A program made the position numbers and the translations under genes. A stretch of 63,069 nt of DNA, the filler included, from Basidiobolus ranarum (Eukaryota), in the NCBI GenBank assembly GCA_040143965.1. It is 45 parts of 45 records of this genome, joined end to end, with 100 filler letters (N's around TTAATTAATTAA, not from the genome) between each part and the next. Parts side by side here need not be neighbours in the genome. Positions count along the whole stretch, not along the records: positions 61,772 to 63,069 come from JASJQH010005638.1; 44 more parts are not named here. One strand, given 5' to 3'. Numbering within the stretch: the stretch's first letter is position 1; each line of letters begins with the position of its first letter. Shown here piece by piece: positions 61,772 to 63,069 of the stretch. The notes beneath the pieces are model-generated. The model had not been told where the DNA came from, did not search any database, and saw only the letters and a program-made list of their open reading frames with translations.

Positions 61772-63069
61772 AACTCAAGTAATGGAGAAGCATTAATCAA
61801 TTTACCAGATGTGGTCTTTTGCAGCAATAGTGCAAGTGAAGAGATTGTCCCCCAATTATGTAGTAAATCAATAGTTGAGCAAAGTTCCACCAAAACACTG
61901 TCAAGACCATCAACTTCCAAAATGGCTACTTTGCCCACTGTTGAACAACCCTCCATAGAAAACTTGGAATGAATTATTGCAACAAGGGAATTGCAGGCAA
62001 AACACCATAATAATTTGTATACAATTGTAAGTAAAAACTATGAAGTTGCTATTCAGGCCATGACAAGTAATAACGCTGCAATATTGCAATTAATGTAGCA
62101 TTTGGAAGCAACTAGTCAACAGTTAGAGAGTCACTCAACAATGATACAAGTCCTCCAGAATGCTGTACTTGAGCTACAGCAACATGCTGCTCCCTCCATC
62201 CATTCACATAGAGGATTTCAATCAATCCCACACCATACTTATGAACATCACCATGACAATCTAGCAGAGCAGAATATGTGTTGGACCATTAAGCCTATAC
62301 AACAACTCAAAATTGCTTGGGCACATGAAAGTAGAAATCTCATAGGAAAACCAGCAAACCAAAAGACTCTGGATGTCAGAGCTGTGATCACTTGCTCCAA
62401 TGATGAGTGGTTTAACATTTTGGAAACTGTGCAGAATCCAGCCCAAAATTACCTGGATTTGAGCAAATTGTGGAAAACCAAAAACCAGGCATTACTCTGA
62501 AGGTTCTTGACCTATTTCATGTGGCTTATCCTGGGTTTTTGCAAGCAAATGGCAATTTGGCAAGTATAGGCTTTTTCTGGAAACATCTCAAAGATGTATG
62601 CAATAATTGACTTGGAAAAGAAAGAAAAGCTACTAAAGAAGTATTGAAGGGGCAGGAAGTTAGTAAACCCAATGGAAAAGCCAAGGAGCCAGTGAGTTTT
62701 GGCTCTACTGTCCCACTTACCAAATTATGCATACCTTTATAAAGATCTGCATTTCCAGAGTCAGATATATTGGCAAAAAAGCTTAATTTCACCATGGAAC
62801 TGGGTACACCAATTGGAAGAGTGCTACATTTAGAAGTTTATCCATCACCTGGCACCTCTCAGCAAGCCAAAACACTAGCAAATAAAACTCACGGCTCTCC
62901 AACCTCAGCTAGAAATTTTCAAAGTGTAGAAATTAGCCCCAAAGGTAAAGGCAAGCAAAACGCCACATAAACACCACAAAGCACCCTCAGTATTGTCACA
63001 CTACAAGGATGTACAAATTAGTCAAAGTGCTTGAGGAGTATTTTCAAAAGTATGAAGGGAAAAATGCAG
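61772..63069 (+). mobile_element. CACTA accessory ORF1 central region, decayed
   Basis: Bridges the 558-1310 copy and the 59777-60273 copy. Confidence 0.82.

Overview
This is not a contiguous locus. It is a pseudo-scaffold of 45 unplaced ~1.3-kb contigs in descending length order, joined by 44 artificial ~100-nt spacers (N44-45 TTAATTAATTAA N44), so adjacency across spacers means nothing. The DNA is AT-rich and eukaryotic, with short GT-AG introns and fungal-style TEs; an early-diverging fungus is my inference. Most contigs are CpG-eroded, nested TE relics: several Ty1/copia families with four LTR types, a chromodomain Ty3/gypsy, a two-gene CACTA/EnSpm-type DNA transposon with CCCTAACA ends, and Harbinger-like and hAT-like ends. 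Non-routine items: (1) a secreted, Kex2-processed peptide made of 25 Asp-Asp-Cys-Cys repeats, in what looks like a collapsed 1,198-bp CpG-free tandem gene array; (2) a decayed Fanzor1 (TnpB-derived RNA-guided nuclease) fragment; (3) a ~140-bp dispersed element carrying a tRNA-like core; (4) a compact virus- or plasmid-like gene island; (5) an 84-bp satellite, a probable mitochondrial LSU fragment and a few host gene pieces. All family assignments come from motif recognition by eye; no searches were run.
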